Counted from the whole stretch's first letter, positions 38,467 to 48,948 are shown. The stretch is DNA of 63,625 nucleotides, filler included, from 6 parts of 6 records of this genome joined end to end with filler, not necessarily neighbours in it; one strand, 5' to 3'. The notes: generated from the sequence alone by a model not told the origin. Numbers and translations are program-made.

Positions 38467-38871
38467 ATGGCGCTTTACATCACCCCGCTTTTCGCGGGTC
38501 TGCTGACGCTGCTTTACATTTTCCTGAGTGTTCGGGTGATCGGCGTGCGCAAGAGCGAACGCATCGGCCTCGGCGATGGCGGCCATGGCGGTTTGCAAAG
38601 ACGCATGCGCGCCCACGGCAACTTTGCAGAATATACCCCGCTGGGGCTGATACTCATGCTGCTTCTGGAGCTGACGGGCGCCACGCCCTGGCTGCTCTGG
38701 GCTCTGGGTGTGGGTCTTTTCACCGGCAGGGCCCTGCACGCCTACAGCGTCAGCCAGGAACCGGAGCCGCTCAGATTCCGGATTGCAGGCATGGCTCTCA
38801 CATTCACCGTTCTGGTTGTCGCGGCACTGATGTTGTTAACGCGCTCGGCAAACGGTCTGCTGACCGGCTGA
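38467..38871 (+). CDS. MAPEG-family membrane protein
   Basis: 'GLGDGG', 'RAHGNFAEY', 'GRALHA'. Confidence 0.9.
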   Translation: MALYITPLFAGLLTLLYIFLSVRVIGVRKSERIGLGDGGHGGLQRRMRAHGNFAEYTPLGLILMLLLELTGATPWLLWALGVGLFTGRALHAYSVSQEPEPLRFRIAGMALTFTVLVVAALMLLTRSANGLLTG

Positions 38872-39489
38872 TCAGATCTGCTGCAGCCGGGTCTTGTGTG
38901 CGTGCGCAATGTGAAGCCGAGCAGCGGCTTCTGCTGCGGCACAGTCGCCCCGTGAAATCGCGTCAACGATTGCGGCATGTTCCTCGACTGCCGTTTCGCG
39001 CCGTTCCGGCGTATCCAGCGTCGTGCCCGCCATCAGGATGAGCGACAGGCGCAGGTGGTCGATCTGGTCGACCAGATAGCGATTGTGCGAGGCCAGGCAC
39101 AGGCGGCGGTGAAACTCCCGGTTCGAGCGCACCAGGCTGTCCTTGTCGGCAATGCGCTTGCGATCTGCGCTGACCAGATCCTGCAGGATCTCCACTTCCG
39201 GCTTTGACGCATGCTTGGCGGCAAGTCCGGCGGCCGTTCCTTCCAGAACTTCCCGCATGAAGTAGACTTCGTTGATCTGGCCATGATCAAGGGTCGGCAC
39301 CACCATGCCACGGTTGGGCTCGTGCACGGCGAGGCCCTGGGCCTCAAGCCGTTTCAGGCCTTCGCGGATCGGCGTTCTGGAGACGCCGAATTCTTCCGCC
39401 AGGTCTGCCTCGCGCAATCGGTCGCCGGGTTTCAAGACCCGCTCTTCAATAAGGCCGATCAGCCGGTGGTAAATTTCAGATCCGTTCAT
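38872..39489 (-). CDS. GntR-family (FCD) transcriptional regulator
   Basis: 'LKPGDRLREADLAEEFGVSRTPIREGL', FCD 'NREFH', 'EEHAAI'. Confidence 0.92.
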   Translation of the reverse strand: MNGSEIYHRLIGLIEERVLKPGDRLREADLAEEFGVSRTPIREGLKRLEAQGLAVHEPNRGMVVPTLDHGQINEVYFMREVLEGTAAGLAAKHASKPEVEILQDLVSADRKRIADKDSLVRSNREFHRRLCLASHNRYLVDQIDHLRLSLILMAGTTLDTPERRETAVEEHAAIVDAISRGDCAAAEAAARLHIAHAHKTRLQQI

Positions 39490-39622
39490 GATGTCTGGTT
39501 AGCGGCAAGCTGGGGTTCGCGCAAGCAATTGCAGCTTTCGGGTCGCTTGACCTTCCGAAACACTGTCTTCCGGAAGAGAAGCGTTTTTGCGATTACCGGG
39601 AGAAGCACCTGTCTACGCACGC

Positions 39623-40711
39623 TCAGGTGCCGGGCGTAAACAGTTTGCCGCCGACAACCGGCTTGCTGACACCGGTCGTGCCTGGAAAGGTGGTTGGCAG
39701 ACCGGCCTTCAAACGCGCGCCCAGGAAAGCCATTGCCTGGGCTTCCAGGGCATCGCCGTCGATCCGGTAGTCGTCAGCCGACACGACATCTCCCGCAAGA
39801 AGCTTCGCCAAGGCTTTCATCAGAACCGGATTGTGCCGTCCGCCGCCACAGACCAGCCAAAGCCGAGGAACCCGCGGCAAAAGCTTTTCCGCGCTGGCAA
39901 TGGCGGCTGCCGTGAAAGCGAGCAAGGTAGCAGCGCCATCCTCCAGGCCAAGACCTTCAGCAAATTCGCCGGAGAAACTGTAGCGGTCGAGGGACTTCGG
40001 ACCCGGCTCGGCCAGGAACGGATGGGTGAGCGCTGCCTGAAGACGACCTTCATCGACCGTGCCCTTTGCCGCAATCGCCCCGCCCGCGTCATAGTCACCG
40101 GCACCGTGCTTGCGGACCCAATCGTCCAGGAAAGCATTGCCCGGTCCGATATCGAACGCCAGCAGCTTGTCGCCTTCAATATAGGTAAGATTGGAAACCC
40201 CACCGATATTGAGGAAACACAAGGGCTCCTTGTCTTCGCCAACCAGTGTCTTGGCGAGCGCCTGATGATAGACAGGGACCAAAGGAGCTCCCTGCCCGCC
40301 TGCCACCATATCTGCCAGGCGAACGTCGCCGATCACCGGAACATTGAGATCCGTTGCAAGAGACTGCGGATCACCCAGTTGGACCGTTTCGCCCTTGGCC
40401 GGATCGTGCCAGACCGTTTGGCCGTGAAAAACCACGGCATCCGGCGCGAGACCGTGCGTTGCCAGAAACCCCAGGATCGCCTCGGCATGGTCGCGCGTTA
40501 CCGCAGCGGCGATTTCCGGCCAGTCGTCGCGTCCGGTTCCCTTGCGCGCAGCAGCTTCCAGCACCCGGCGCTTTGTCTCTGGCCGGTAGCTTGCCGTTTC
40601 CGCAGGGCCGAACCGGGCAACCGTCCGACCGTCGGTTTCGATCCACGCCAGATCGATACCGTCGGCCGAAGTGCCCGAGATTGTTCCAAGGATGGAGTAG
40701 TGATCGCTCAC
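39623..40711 (-). CDS. anmK: Anhydro-N-acetylmuramic acid kinase
   Basis: 'SGTSADGID', 'HGQTVWH', 'GGQGAPLVP', 'NIGGVSN', 'CGGGRHN'. Confidence 0.95.
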   Translation of the reverse strand: MSDHYSILGTISGTSADGIDLAWIETDGRTVARFGPAETASYRPETKRRVLEAAARKGTGRDDWPEIAAAVTRDHAEAILGFLATHGLAPDAVVFHGQTVWHDPAKGETVQLGDPQSLATDLNVPVIGDVRLADMVAGGQGAPLVPVYHQALAKTLVGEDKEPLCFLNIGGVSNLTYIEGDKLLAFDIGPGNAFLDDWVRKHGAGDYDAGGAIAAKGTVDEGRLQAALTHPFLAEPGPKSLDRYSFSGEFAEGLGLEDGAATLLAFTAAAIASAEKLLPRVPRLWLVCGGGRHNPVLMKALAKLLAGDVVSADDYRIDGDALEAQAMAFLGARLKAGLPTTFPGTTGVSKPVVGGKLFTPGT

Positions 40712-42060
40712 AGGCTTTCCTGAACTGCCTTGAGACCGGCTTCTGCGATGTCGAACAACTCGTTCACCTGGGCTTCGGTAATGATCAGTGGCGGACAGAA
40801 GGCCATGGCGTCCAGCATGTTGCGCGAAATCAGGCCCTTGTCGTGGAACATTGCATTGGTTTTCGCGCCGAGCGCGCCGGGCGTTGCCGCAAGCGCCTCA
40901 TGCGACAGTTCCGCGGCACCGATCAGCCCGATGCCGCGCGTCTCAATTACCAGCGGATTTTCCGCAAGGCCGGCAAGGCGTTTCTGGAAAGTCGGTGCGA
41001 TGGCTCTGACATGGCCAACCAGATCGCGCTCCTCGATGATCTTCAGGTTTTCAAGCGCGACAGCTGCTGCAACCGGGTGCCCGCTACCGGTGTAACCATG
41101 ACCAAGCACGCCAATCTTGTGGCTTTCGTCCGCAATCGGCTGATAGACCGTGTCGTTGATCAGCAGCGCGGAAATCGGCTGGTAGGACGACGACAAAGCC
41201 TTGGAGAGGGTCATCATGTCCGGCTGCAGATTGTAGGTTTCCGTGCCGAACATGTTGCCGGTCCGGCCAAATCCACAGATCACCTCATCGGCGACGAAGA
41301 GAATGTCATATTTCTTCAGAACCGGCTGAACTGCTTCCCAGTATCCGTCCGGCGGCACGACCACGCCGCCGGCGCCCATCACCGGCTCGGCAAAGAAGGC
41401 CGCGATCGTTTCCGGGCCTTCGGCCAGGATCAGGTCTTCCAGGTCCTGTGCACAGCGCCTTGCGAAATCCGCCTCGCTTTCACCGTCCTTTTTCATGGTC
41501 CGGTAGTGCGGGCAGGTGGTGTGCAGGATCTGCGGCAGCGGCAGGTCGAACGAGCGGTGGTTGTTGGGCAGGCCCGTGAGACTGGCCGAAGCGATGGTGA
41601 CACCGTGGTAGCCGCGCACGCGCGAAATGATCTTCTTGCGCTCCGGCTGGCCAAGCGCATTCGACCGGTACCAGATCAGCTTGATTGCCGTGTCGTTGGC
41701 CTCAGACCCGGAGTTGGTGAAATAGGCCTTCGACATCGGCACGGGAGCCATCTCGACCAGCTTTTCCGCCAGCTCGATCGACGGTCCATGGCTCTTGTAG
41801 GTGAAGGTGTGGTAGTAGGGCAGCTTCTCCATCTGCCGGGCGGCCGCATCGACCAGGCGCTTTTCACCGAAGCCGACGGCAACGCTCCAGAGACCGGCCA
41901 TGCCTTCGATGTAACGCTTGCCGTTGATATCCTCCACATAGATGCCCTCGCCCTTCTCGATCACCAATGCGCCTGTCTCTTCCTGACGGCGGGCGTCGGC
42001 GTATGAATGGAGCTGGAATGCCGTGTCGCGGGCTTCAAGGGAATTCGGCAGCTGTGCCAT
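40708..42060 (-). CDS. Class III (omega-amino acid/polyamine) aminotransferase
   Basis: 'AGLWSVAVG', 'NSGSEAND', 'YHG', 'DEVICGFGRTG', PLP Lys 'LSKALSS'. Confidence 0.92.
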   Translation of the reverse strand: MAQLPNSLEARDTAFQLHSYADARRQEETGALVIEKGEGIYVEDINGKRYIEGMAGLWSVAVGFGEKRLVDAAARQMEKLPYYHTFTYKSHGPSIELAEKLVEMAPVPMSKAYFTNSGSEANDTAIKLIWYRSNALGQPERKKIISRVRGYHGVTIASASLTGLPNNHRSFDLPLPQILHTTCPHYRTMKKDGESEADFARRCAQDLEDLILAEGPETIAAFFAEPVMGAGGVVVPPDGYWEAVQPVLKKYDILFVADEVICGFGRTGNMFGTETYNLQPDMMTLSKALSSSYQPISALLINDTVYQPIADESHKIGVLGHGYTGSGHPVAAAVALENLKIIEERDLVGHVRAIAPTFQKRLAGLAENPLVIETRGIGLIGAAELSHEALAATPGALGAKTNAMFHDKGLISRNMLDAMAFCPPLIITEAQVNELFDIAEAGLKAVQESL

Positions 42061-42442
42061 GAAGGGTCTCGTCTCAAATGCGGTTGGAAAGATCCGGCCG
42101 CAGGCGACTCAAAGGTTCCTGCGCGGTGGGGCACACGGTAGGCCATAGCCTGACAAAATTGAAGAGATTGCTTGGGACGATTTTTCCTGCAAACGAACCT
42201 CGAAAGGCCGGAGCCACATGCGAGGCATCGCAGGTGGTGATCGTTGGCTGAAGACCGTTTTGCCTGTGAGGGCCATCACATGTCTCCGGGGCTCAGCCGG
42301 GCTACTTACATCTTGTCCGCAGAAACGGACACACCACTGGCAGGAGCAACCCTCAAGCAGATGGCCGGTGGAGCAAACGGGCGGAGGCAGAAAGCTTCCG
42401 CCCGTGCGCTTTTCGGCCAACCCGGGATCGCCTAGCTCACAT

Positions 42443-44314
42443 TCAATTTGTCGCAGAAAGCGCGCGCCGCTCCGGCATGGCTTCGTCCGCTGTCCAGAGC
42501 GCAACTTCGAGCTCCTGCACGCGCCCCCTGATTGCGACGGCTTCCCTGCGTGGCGGCATTCCCAACATCTCACCACCTGCCTCGGCGGCTTTCGTCAGGG
42601 CGGTGGAAAGGACGATCGAAGCGCCACGTGACTTGCCGACTTCCATCAGCCTGCTGGCCACATTCACGCAGTCGCCGGTTGCCGCGATCTGCTGCTGGTT
42701 CTCATGCCCCAGACGCGACAGCACCACCGGACCGAAATGGCCGCCAAGGCGTACGTCGCGAATTTCGGCGTCGAGCCCGGAGGCAAGGATCCAGCCACGC
42801 ACGGCAACAACGAGATCAAAGGCACAGCGACAGGCGTCAGCGGCATCCTTTGGTCCGGCGTCCGGAATGCCGAATCCGATCATCGCCCCGTCTCCCATGA
42901 AATCCAGTACCAGCCCCTTGTTGCGCGCGGCCTCATTGACGACCAGCGTATGAAAGGCCTTCAGAACATCCCGGGTTCGCGCAGGACCCAGTTTTTCCGA
43001 AAGGGCGGTGTATCCGGCCAGATCAATGAACAGGATCGCAACCGGCTGCTCCCGCGGGACCAACAGAAAGCCGGGATCATCGGCAATACGCCGGGCAAGA
43101 TCCGGCGCCTGAAACCGGCTGAGAGCCTCCCGGGCCGCCACCAGCCGGCGCACCCGGAACCACTCGAAACCCTCACGCAGCACAGCAAGCGCGACAACCG
43201 GCGGCACGCTTGCCGCAATCGGCAATGCCGCGTTGAGCCAGATGCCCTGGTTGAAACAGATGACGACGACGGTCAGCCAGCCCAGCAATAGCAGCAGATA
43301 AACGATGGTTGCGCTGGCCAGCGGCAGGAACACGACAACGGCCATGCCCAGTAGCGTAATGGAAACGGCAGCGAGTGCATCGAAACTGCGGACCCGGCTG
43401 TCGCGTAGCAGAACCGATCCGTCCAGCAGGTTGGCAATCCCCGTCGACAGGACCTCCACCCCAGGCAGGATAGGGTCGAACGGAGATGAAAACCGGTCAC
43501 CAACAGCCGACGCGGTGACACCAAGAAGCACCAGACGACCGCCAAGAGCTGCCTTGGCGGCTGCGGCGTCCTGAAGAAGCGATTGCGCGCTGACGGTTCT
43601 GATGGTGCCGCCCTTGCCATAATAGTTCAGCGGTTGCTGCCACTGCAGATCCAGCGACTGCACTCGCCCGGAAATCCGGATACCTTCCGCGGTCACCGAT
43701 GGAGGTGCACCCAGGAACCCGGCAACAGCCAGCATGCCAAACGAGGGAGCCAGTCCCTGGTCGGTCTTGAAAATAAGAGGGATATGGCGCGGTGTGCCGC
43801 CGGCATCGGTCGAGACATTGACGAGGCCGACGCTGGCAGCTTCCGCGAAGGCTTCAAAAGGGCGCAACTCGGTTTCGGGAGCCGGCACGAGTACCGCCGC
43901 AGCCCTTTCAAGCGGGAACTGGCCACCGGCCGCAATCACCGTAGGCAGAGAAGCAAGCGCCGTCGCAAGGCCGGCGTCTGCTGCCTCGTTCGATTTTCCC
44001 ATCAGCAGAATATCGATTGCCAGGGCCTTGGCGCCTGCGTCCCGTATCCGGTCAACCAGCTCGGTCAGAAACACCCTGTCGACCGGATAGTGGCCGGCTG
44101 CGGCCACCGTCTGATCGTCGATGGCCACGATCACCACATCCTGCGGCGCTTCGCGCGGTCCCTTGATATGGATACGAAGATCGAGAAGCACCGTTTCCAG
44201 CCGGTCAAGCACGCTTGCCCGTCCGGCAACATGGCCCAACGCCAGGGAGCCTGCCCAGACGGCCCCGACGATCATCGCCAGGACCACGAGACAGACGTAG
44301 AGCTTCAGTTTCAT
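42443..44314 (-). CDS. CHASE2-sensor class III adenylate/guanylate cyclase
   Basis: CHASE2 'VVIVAIDD', 'PGVEV', 3 TM, cyclase 'LFIDLAGYT', 'DFMGDG', 'GDCVNVASRL'. Confidence 0.9.
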   Translation of the reverse strand: MKLKLYVCLVVLAMIVGAVWAGSLALGHVAGRASVLDRLETVLLDLRIHIKGPREAPQDVVIVAIDDQTVAAAGHYPVDRVFLTELVDRIRDAGAKALAIDILLMGKSNEAADAGLATALASLPTVIAAGGQFPLERAAAVLVPAPETELRPFEAFAEAASVGLVNVSTDAGGTPRHIPLIFKTDQGLAPSFGMLAVAGFLGAPPSVTAEGIRISGRVQSLDLQWQQPLNYYGKGGTIRTVSAQSLLQDAAAAKAALGGRLVLLGVTASAVGDRFSSPFDPILPGVEVLSTGIANLLDGSVLLRDSRVRSFDALAAVSITLLGMAVVVFLPLASATIVYLLLLLGWLTVVVICFNQGIWLNAALPIAASVPPVVALAVLREGFEWFRVRRLVAAREALSRFQAPDLARRIADDPGFLLVPREQPVAILFIDLAGYTALSEKLGPARTRDVLKAFHTLVVNEAARNKGLVLDFMGDGAMIGFGIPDAGPKDAADACRCAFDLVVAVRGWILASGLDAEIRDVRLGGHFGPVVLSRLGHENQQQIAATGDCVNVASRLMEVGKSRGASIVLSTALTKAAEAGGEMLGMPPRREAVAIRGRVQELEVALWTADEAMPERRALSATN

Positions 44315-44829
44315 TGACCGAAACGGGACATAAGCCCTGCGGCCCTTTCCGCTGACCATGTGGCCGGTGCGAAGGGAAGGCCCGGGGCGACGTCCGCTCC
44401 TTCACCGGCTGCGAGCAGCACCGTATCGCTGCCATCCGGCCGGGATACCGACACGTGACCGCGCAAAACGAAGACAGACGTGCGCTCCGGCCCGACATCC
44501 ACTGCGTAGATCGTGCCGCGAACGGCGGCAATGGCGTGAGGGGTTCGCACCTGGAACGGGCCACTGCCTGGCTCGACCTCGATCAGCATCGCATCGGTTT
44601 CGAGATCGACGTCTTCCGGGCGCGTGGCGCCTGCGGCGGTGTCGATGTTGAAAGCACTGGCTGCTTCTGCTTCGATCACGAGACCGTTCGCGCACTGATA
44701 CACAGTCCTGGGCGGATCCTGGACCTGTGTGCGTTCGCAGCCGTTCACATTTTGCGCCATGGCCGTGGAGGAAGCTGCGAGCATCAACCCGATCAGGGTT
44801 CCGGCCAATTTCAATCGTCTTGTTGACAT
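44311..44829 (-). CDS. Secreted/periplasmic FecR-domain protein
   Basis: Signal peptide, Cys pair, 'FQVRTPHAIAAVRGT.YAVDV...TSVFVLRGHVSV'; stop overlaps the cyclase start. Confidence 0.85.
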   Translation of the reverse strand: MSTRRLKLAGTLIGLMLAASSTAMAQNVNGCERTQVQDPPRTVYQCANGLVIEAEAASAFNIDTAAGATRPEDVDLETDAMLIEVEPGSGPFQVRTPHAIAAVRGTIYAVDVGPERTSVFVLRGHVSVSRPDGSDTVLLAAGEGADVAPGLPFAPATWSAERAAGLMSRFGQ

Positions 44830-44953
44830 TGCAATCCCGATAGGCTTGTCAATTTTAGGTAAGGCATCGCCGTGAGATACCACCATGGTATGACACAACA
44901 ACCGTTGTAACCACCGTTGTACTGGTGCTCGCATCACACGAGAAAGAGAGAAT

Positions 44954-45655
44954 ATGGCTACCGAAGAGAGTTTGAATAAGGAAAAGCTCCTGGGACAGAG
45001 CTTTATTTTCGAAGCGCTGGATGACGAGAGCCGCAAGGATCTGGCAGCTTTCGCACATGTCAAACGCTACACCGCAGGCGATATCATTTTCGACATGGGA
45101 ACGCCGGGGCAAAGCATGATGGCAATTGCGGAAGGCTCGGTGCGCGTCAGCATGCCGACGCCCAGCGCCCGCGATGTTACCTTGTCGGAACTGCATCCCG
45201 GCGACATCTTCGGCGAAATTGCCCTGCTCGATGGCGGCGAGAGGTCAGCAAACGTGCGCGCCCTGACCAACTGCAAGCTGGTCGTGGTCGAACGGAGGTC
45301 TCTGCTTGAAGTGCTCAATCGCGATCCGGCTCTTTCCATCCGGCTGATCGAGCTGCTTTGCCAGCGCGTTCGCCGGTCGGACGAACGGATGATGGAAATC
45401 GGTTTTCTCGGTCTGCCGGAACGTCTCGCCCGCCTGCTGCTCCGCATCACCGTGACCGCTCCCGGCACTGAAGAAAAGCCGCTGACCAAACTGTCGCTCT
45501 CCCAGTCGGAAATCGCAGAGATGATCGGCAATACGCGAGAGACAGTGAACCGGTGCCTGCGCAAGTTCCAGAAAGCAGACCTGATCGACCTCAAGGAAGG
45601 CTGGCTGATCATCCGCAACCGGGAAGGCCTGGAGGACGTCGCGGACTTCGTGTGA
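44954..45655 (+). CDS. Crp/Fnr-family cNMP-binding regulator (Clr-like)
   Basis: cNMP pocket 'FGEIALLDGGERSA', HTH 'SQSEIAEMIGNTRETVNR'. Confidence 0.92.
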   Translation: MATEESLNKEKLLGQSFIFEALDDESRKDLAAFAHVKRYTAGDIIFDMGTPGQSMMAIAEGSVRVSMPTPSARDVTLSELHPGDIFGEIALLDGGERSANVRALTNCKLVVVERRSLLEVLNRDPALSIRLIELLCQRVRRSDERMMEIGFLGLPERLARLLLRITVTAPGTEEKPLTKLSLSQSEIAEMIGNTRETVNRCLRKFQKADLIDLKEGWLIIRNREGLEDVADFV

Positions 45656-45724
45656 GGAACACGAGAGCCGTTTTGGCCAGAACTCGGGACGCGCTGGCTG
45701 TCATCAGACAGCCGATGTCGGGGC

Positions 45725-45740
45725 AGTGTCGCGCGTCACA
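45725..45740. promoter_or_regulatory. Candidate Crp-type site upstream of the BA14K gene
   Basis: AGTGT-CGCGCG-TCACA, 8/10 match to TGTGA-N6-TCACA, 80 bp upstream of the ATG. Confidence 0.4.
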
Positions 45741-45820
45741 GGCCCCGGCGAATGATCTCTCCTAGGTAAGAGGGACAGGCGAACACCACTTCGCCTTTAC
45801 CAAGCCAAAGGAAGATCCAG

Positions 45821-46087
45821 ATGTTCAGGAAAACCATCTTCACCGCCGTTGCCGCCGCAGCCCTGGCAACCACGACCTTCGCCCCTGCCGCCTTTGCCGG
45901 GGGCTATGGAAAAAGCAGCCACAAGGGCTATCAGCACCAATGGGCTTTTGGCGCTCGCGATGCGGTTGTGACACGGCATATCGACTGGTGCTTTGGCCGC
46001 TACAACTCCTATCGTGTTTCCGACAACACGTTCCAGTCCGGGCAAGGCTCGCGCCTGCAGTGCTCCTCTCCGTTCATTAGCCGCTGA
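45821..46087 (+). CDS. BA14K-family secreted protein
   Basis: Signal peptide; '[20 protein letters not shown]...G.R.QC.SP'. Confidence 0.88.
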   Translation: MFRKTIFTAVAAAALATTTFAPAAFAGGYGKSSHKGYQHQWAFGARDAVVTRHIDWCFGRYNSYRVSDNTFQSGQGSRLQCSSPFISR

Positions 46088-46188
46088 CCATTCGCCTGAC
46101 AGAAGACATTTGCCGGCAAAGCGGGCAGAGCGCGGAGATCATATCCCGGCTCTGCCCCGCCGGAATGCGCCTCCGGCAAGAGCCAAAA

Positions 46189-47760
46189 TCAAATGCCGTT
46201 CTCTTCAAGAAAGCGATGGATGGCACCAAGGCACACCTGCCAGGCAGGTTCCTGATCGACCAGAATGTGATTTCGGCTTTCCAGTGCCACGAATTGCGCC
46301 CCCGGGATGCCTGCCGCAACAGCCTGGCCGAGTTCCAGCGGAATGCGCTGATCGTATCTGGAGTGCAAAACGATTGTCGGCGCCTTTACCTGCCCGAGGC
46401 GATGCCGGACATCGATACGGCCGAAGGCTTCCTGAAACCGCGCCGCGTTTTTCGGCGAGGTTGTCTGACGCTGAAAATCATCGAACCAGTCCAGGGTTTC
46501 CGCGCTGGCATCCGGCATGAAGGTTTGTGTGAAAATATGCCGGTAGGCCGGATTATCCGTTCCCCAGCCAAGTTCCGTCAGCGTGATCACCGCTTCGCGC
46601 CGGGCCTGTTCCTCCGGTGAGGCGAGATATCGCCAGCCGGCAGCATACCCGCTGATCAGGATCAGTCCGGAAACGCGCTCGGGATGACGCACGGCGTATT
46701 CAACCGACACGGCACAGCCCTGAGAAATACCCACCAGCGGAAACCGCTCCAGCCCCAGGGTATCGGCAACGACCTCAAGATCCTCGACAAAGGCGTCGAA
46801 CCCGAGATCGTCCACGTCCCAATCTGACAGACCGCAGCCTCTCTCGTCGTAGCGGATCAACGTGCGGCCGCGGGAAAGCTCTGCAAAGCTTCTGCCCCAG
46901 ATCGGGCTCGACCAGTCGAACTCCAGGTGGTTCAGCCAATTGGCCGCCTTCAGAATAGGTGGGCCGGACCCGATGCTGGCATAGGCGATCCTGGTGCCAT
47001 CTGCCACGTCGCAAAATCCGATATTCTGCGCCCTGAGGGCATGGGCACGGGCCTTGCGAACCCTGTCTGCGGGGTCGGCCGAACTCGTCTCGGCAAGCAC
47101 GACGTGGTCAGACGAAAGACCTGAGGTCGAAGTGACCCGCTGAAGGCCTGCCGGTGACGGATCACTTCGCATCCGCTGGTGCGCCTCTGCGCCTTCCGGG
47201 TCGGCTTCCAGCCACAGTCGCTGCCACTTCCGACTGGCAGCCGGGCCAATATCCCTGTGGGTCGCCAGACGCCTGTAAACTTCCACCTGCGCCAGATGGA
47301 CGTCTTCACGTTCAGCCGTCAGCCAGGCATCGAAAGCCTCGTCCCCGGCACCGTCCAGGCCGTCCAGCAACATATTCCCGAGCCGCGTGGCCATGTCCTC
47401 AAGCTCGATGACACCAAGCATCCCTGCCTGGTTCCGAAGCCTTGCGTGAATATCGAGAATGTCGATACCGATGCCTTCAGCATCGAACTGGACGCGCTCG
47501 CGGTCGGCGATGATGCGCAACCGGTCCGGCGTATCTACCGCCCGCCGCAGCTTGCTGAGCGCCCAGCGCAGCGCCGCTTTCGGATCGTCCGGAAGGTCCC
47601 AGAACAGCTCACACAATCGCTCACGCCGATGCGGCCGCCCCGTCGCAACCAGAAACGCCAGAAGCGCCCGTGCCTTCTTGGAGGCCGGCAGAACAATTTC
47701 CTGCCCCATGGCCCTGACGCGCAGTTCCCCAAGGAGCGAAATTTCCAGCGCCTGGGACAT
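46189..47760 (-). CDS. SARP/OmpR-like winged-helix DNA-binding domain fused to an alpha/beta hydrolase
   Basis: 'LLGELRV', 'KARALLAFL', 'RERLCELFW', 'LRWALSKLR'; hydrolase 'NWLNHLEFDW', 'YDERGCGLSD', 'GISQG', 'SRNH'. Confidence 0.85.
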   Translation of the reverse strand: MSQALEISLLGELRVRAMGQEIVLPASKKARALLAFLVATGRPHRRERLCELFWDLPDDPKAALRWALSKLRRAVDTPDRLRIIADRERVQFDAEGIGIDILDIHARLRNQAGMLGVIELEDMATRLGNMLLDGLDGAGDEAFDAWLTAEREDVHLAQVEVYRRLATHRDIGPAASRKWQRLWLEADPEGAEAHQRMRSDPSPAGLQRVTSTSGLSSDHVVLAETSSADPADRVRKARAHALRAQNIGFCDVADGTRIAYASIGSGPPILKAANWLNHLEFDWSSPIWGRSFAELSRGRTLIRYDERGCGLSDWDVDDLGFDAFVEDLEVVADTLGLERFPLVGISQGCAVSVEYAVRHPERVSGLILISGYAAGWRYLASPEEQARREAVITLTELGWGTDNPAYRHIFTQTFMPDASAETLDWFDDFQRQTTSPKNAARFQEAFGRIDVRHRLGQVKAPTIVLHSRYDQRIPLELGQAVAAGIPGAQFVALESRNHILVDQEPAWQVCLGAIHRFLEENGI

Positions 47761-48209
47761 GTATGTCTCTGAACTCACTTTGGAAAAACACTTCGCGTCT
47801 TTGTAGCACCTAAAAGAAGGCTGGTAAAACAAACCTGTCAGAACTACCGCCTGCGCCTTCGCCGATTGCCTGGCGCTACGTCCATTAACCGGAATTCCGT
47901 TATTACCCCTGGGCCTGCACCCAGCCGAGATGACCCATCACCCGCCAAAACGATCCTGAAATCGGATCAAAACGAATTATTATTGCTAAGTTTCGTGGTC
48001 GCAAAAATTCTTTTCAAAGAAACAGGAAATGCGCCTTGTTTTGGACACGGTTTCAACTTAGGTAACGGGTATCGATATTGTTTGTCGAACTTTGTGACTG
48101 CGCGGTTTTCCGTGTTCTGAACGATCTTCCCATCAACGTCGACCTAACCGCGCCGCCCCGCATACCGTGAGGCGCGCAAACTACCATGACCGATTGAAAG
48201 GAAATCGTT

Positions 48210-48419
48210 ATGCCAGTAGGTACCGTAAAATTCTTCAACACCACCAAAGGCTTTGGCTTCATTCAGCCGGAAGATGGCGCTGCCGACGTGTTCGTGCACA
48301 TCTCCGCTGTAGAGCGCGCAGGCATGCGCAGCCTGGTCGAAGGCCAGAAGGTCAGCTTTGAAGTTGTCCAGGACCGCCGTTCCGGCAAGTCCGCTGCTGA
48401 CAACCTTCAGGAAGTCTAA
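48210..48419 (+). CDS. cspA: Cold-shock protein
   Basis: 'GTVKFFN..KGFGFI', 'DVFVHISA'; long structured-looking 5' leader upstream. Confidence 0.95.
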   Translation: MPVGTVKFFNTTKGFGFIQPEDGAADVFVHISAVERAGMRSLVEGQKVSFEVVQDRRSGKSAADNLQEV

Positions 48420-48481
48420 TTCTGCATCCAACTCTGTTCGGTGACCACGGATGTACTGGCACCGGGCAGCAGGATGAATGG

Positions 48482-48512
48482 AAAAGGCCGGGGTAACTCC
48501 CGGCCTTTTTTT
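48482..48512 (+). terminator. Rho-independent terminator after cspA
   Basis: AAAAGGCCGGG-GTAACT-CCCGGCCTTTTTTT. Confidence 0.85.
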
Positions 48513-48547
48513 GCAACCACCACCAGTGAACGGTTGGAGACGCACAG

Positions 48548-48799
48548 ATGACTTCGTCCAAGGATAATGAAAGCCCGCTTCGCACACGACGGGAAACTGC
48601 GGAAAGCAAGGCGGAAACAACCCGTCGGGTCGCGCGTGAAATCAATGAGGCCGAGACATCTGCCCGCGATGCCAAGACGGCCCGGCTGAAAGCTGCAAGA
48701 CTGGCGAACCAGGACAAGCAGGCTACTTCCGCCACGAATACCGCCAAGGGCAAGTCAGCCCCGGCAAAACCCCGCAAACCCATTGTGCCCAAAGCCTGA
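48548..48799 (+). CDS. Small basic hypothetical protein
   Basis: GGAG RBS; 'ARDAKTARLKAARLA' motif typical of small alphaproteobacterial proteins found near csp genes. Confidence 0.7.
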   Translation: MTSSKDNESPLRTRRETAESKAETTRRVAREINEAETSARDAKTARLKAARLANQDKQATSATNTAKGKSAPAKPRKPIVPKA

Positions 48800-48948
48800 C
48801 GCCAGGTTTCATTCCTCTTTTTCCAGGGGCTTCTTGAGGGCACTTTCGGCAAGGCGAGCGAAACGGGCATTCAAAATGGATCGCCCCGATTGCCGTTCGG
48901 CGATCGCTTCTGCTTCTCCGGCCAAAGCTTCGGAACCATGGCACACCG

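Noticed and set aside
39587-42006. Long + strand ORFs (378 and 550 aa) antisense to anmK and the aminotransferase; similar shadows at 6359-7426 and 54564-56451
   Set aside because: Antisense shadow ORFs typical of GC-rich coding DNA; no motifs, and the opposite strand has clear genes
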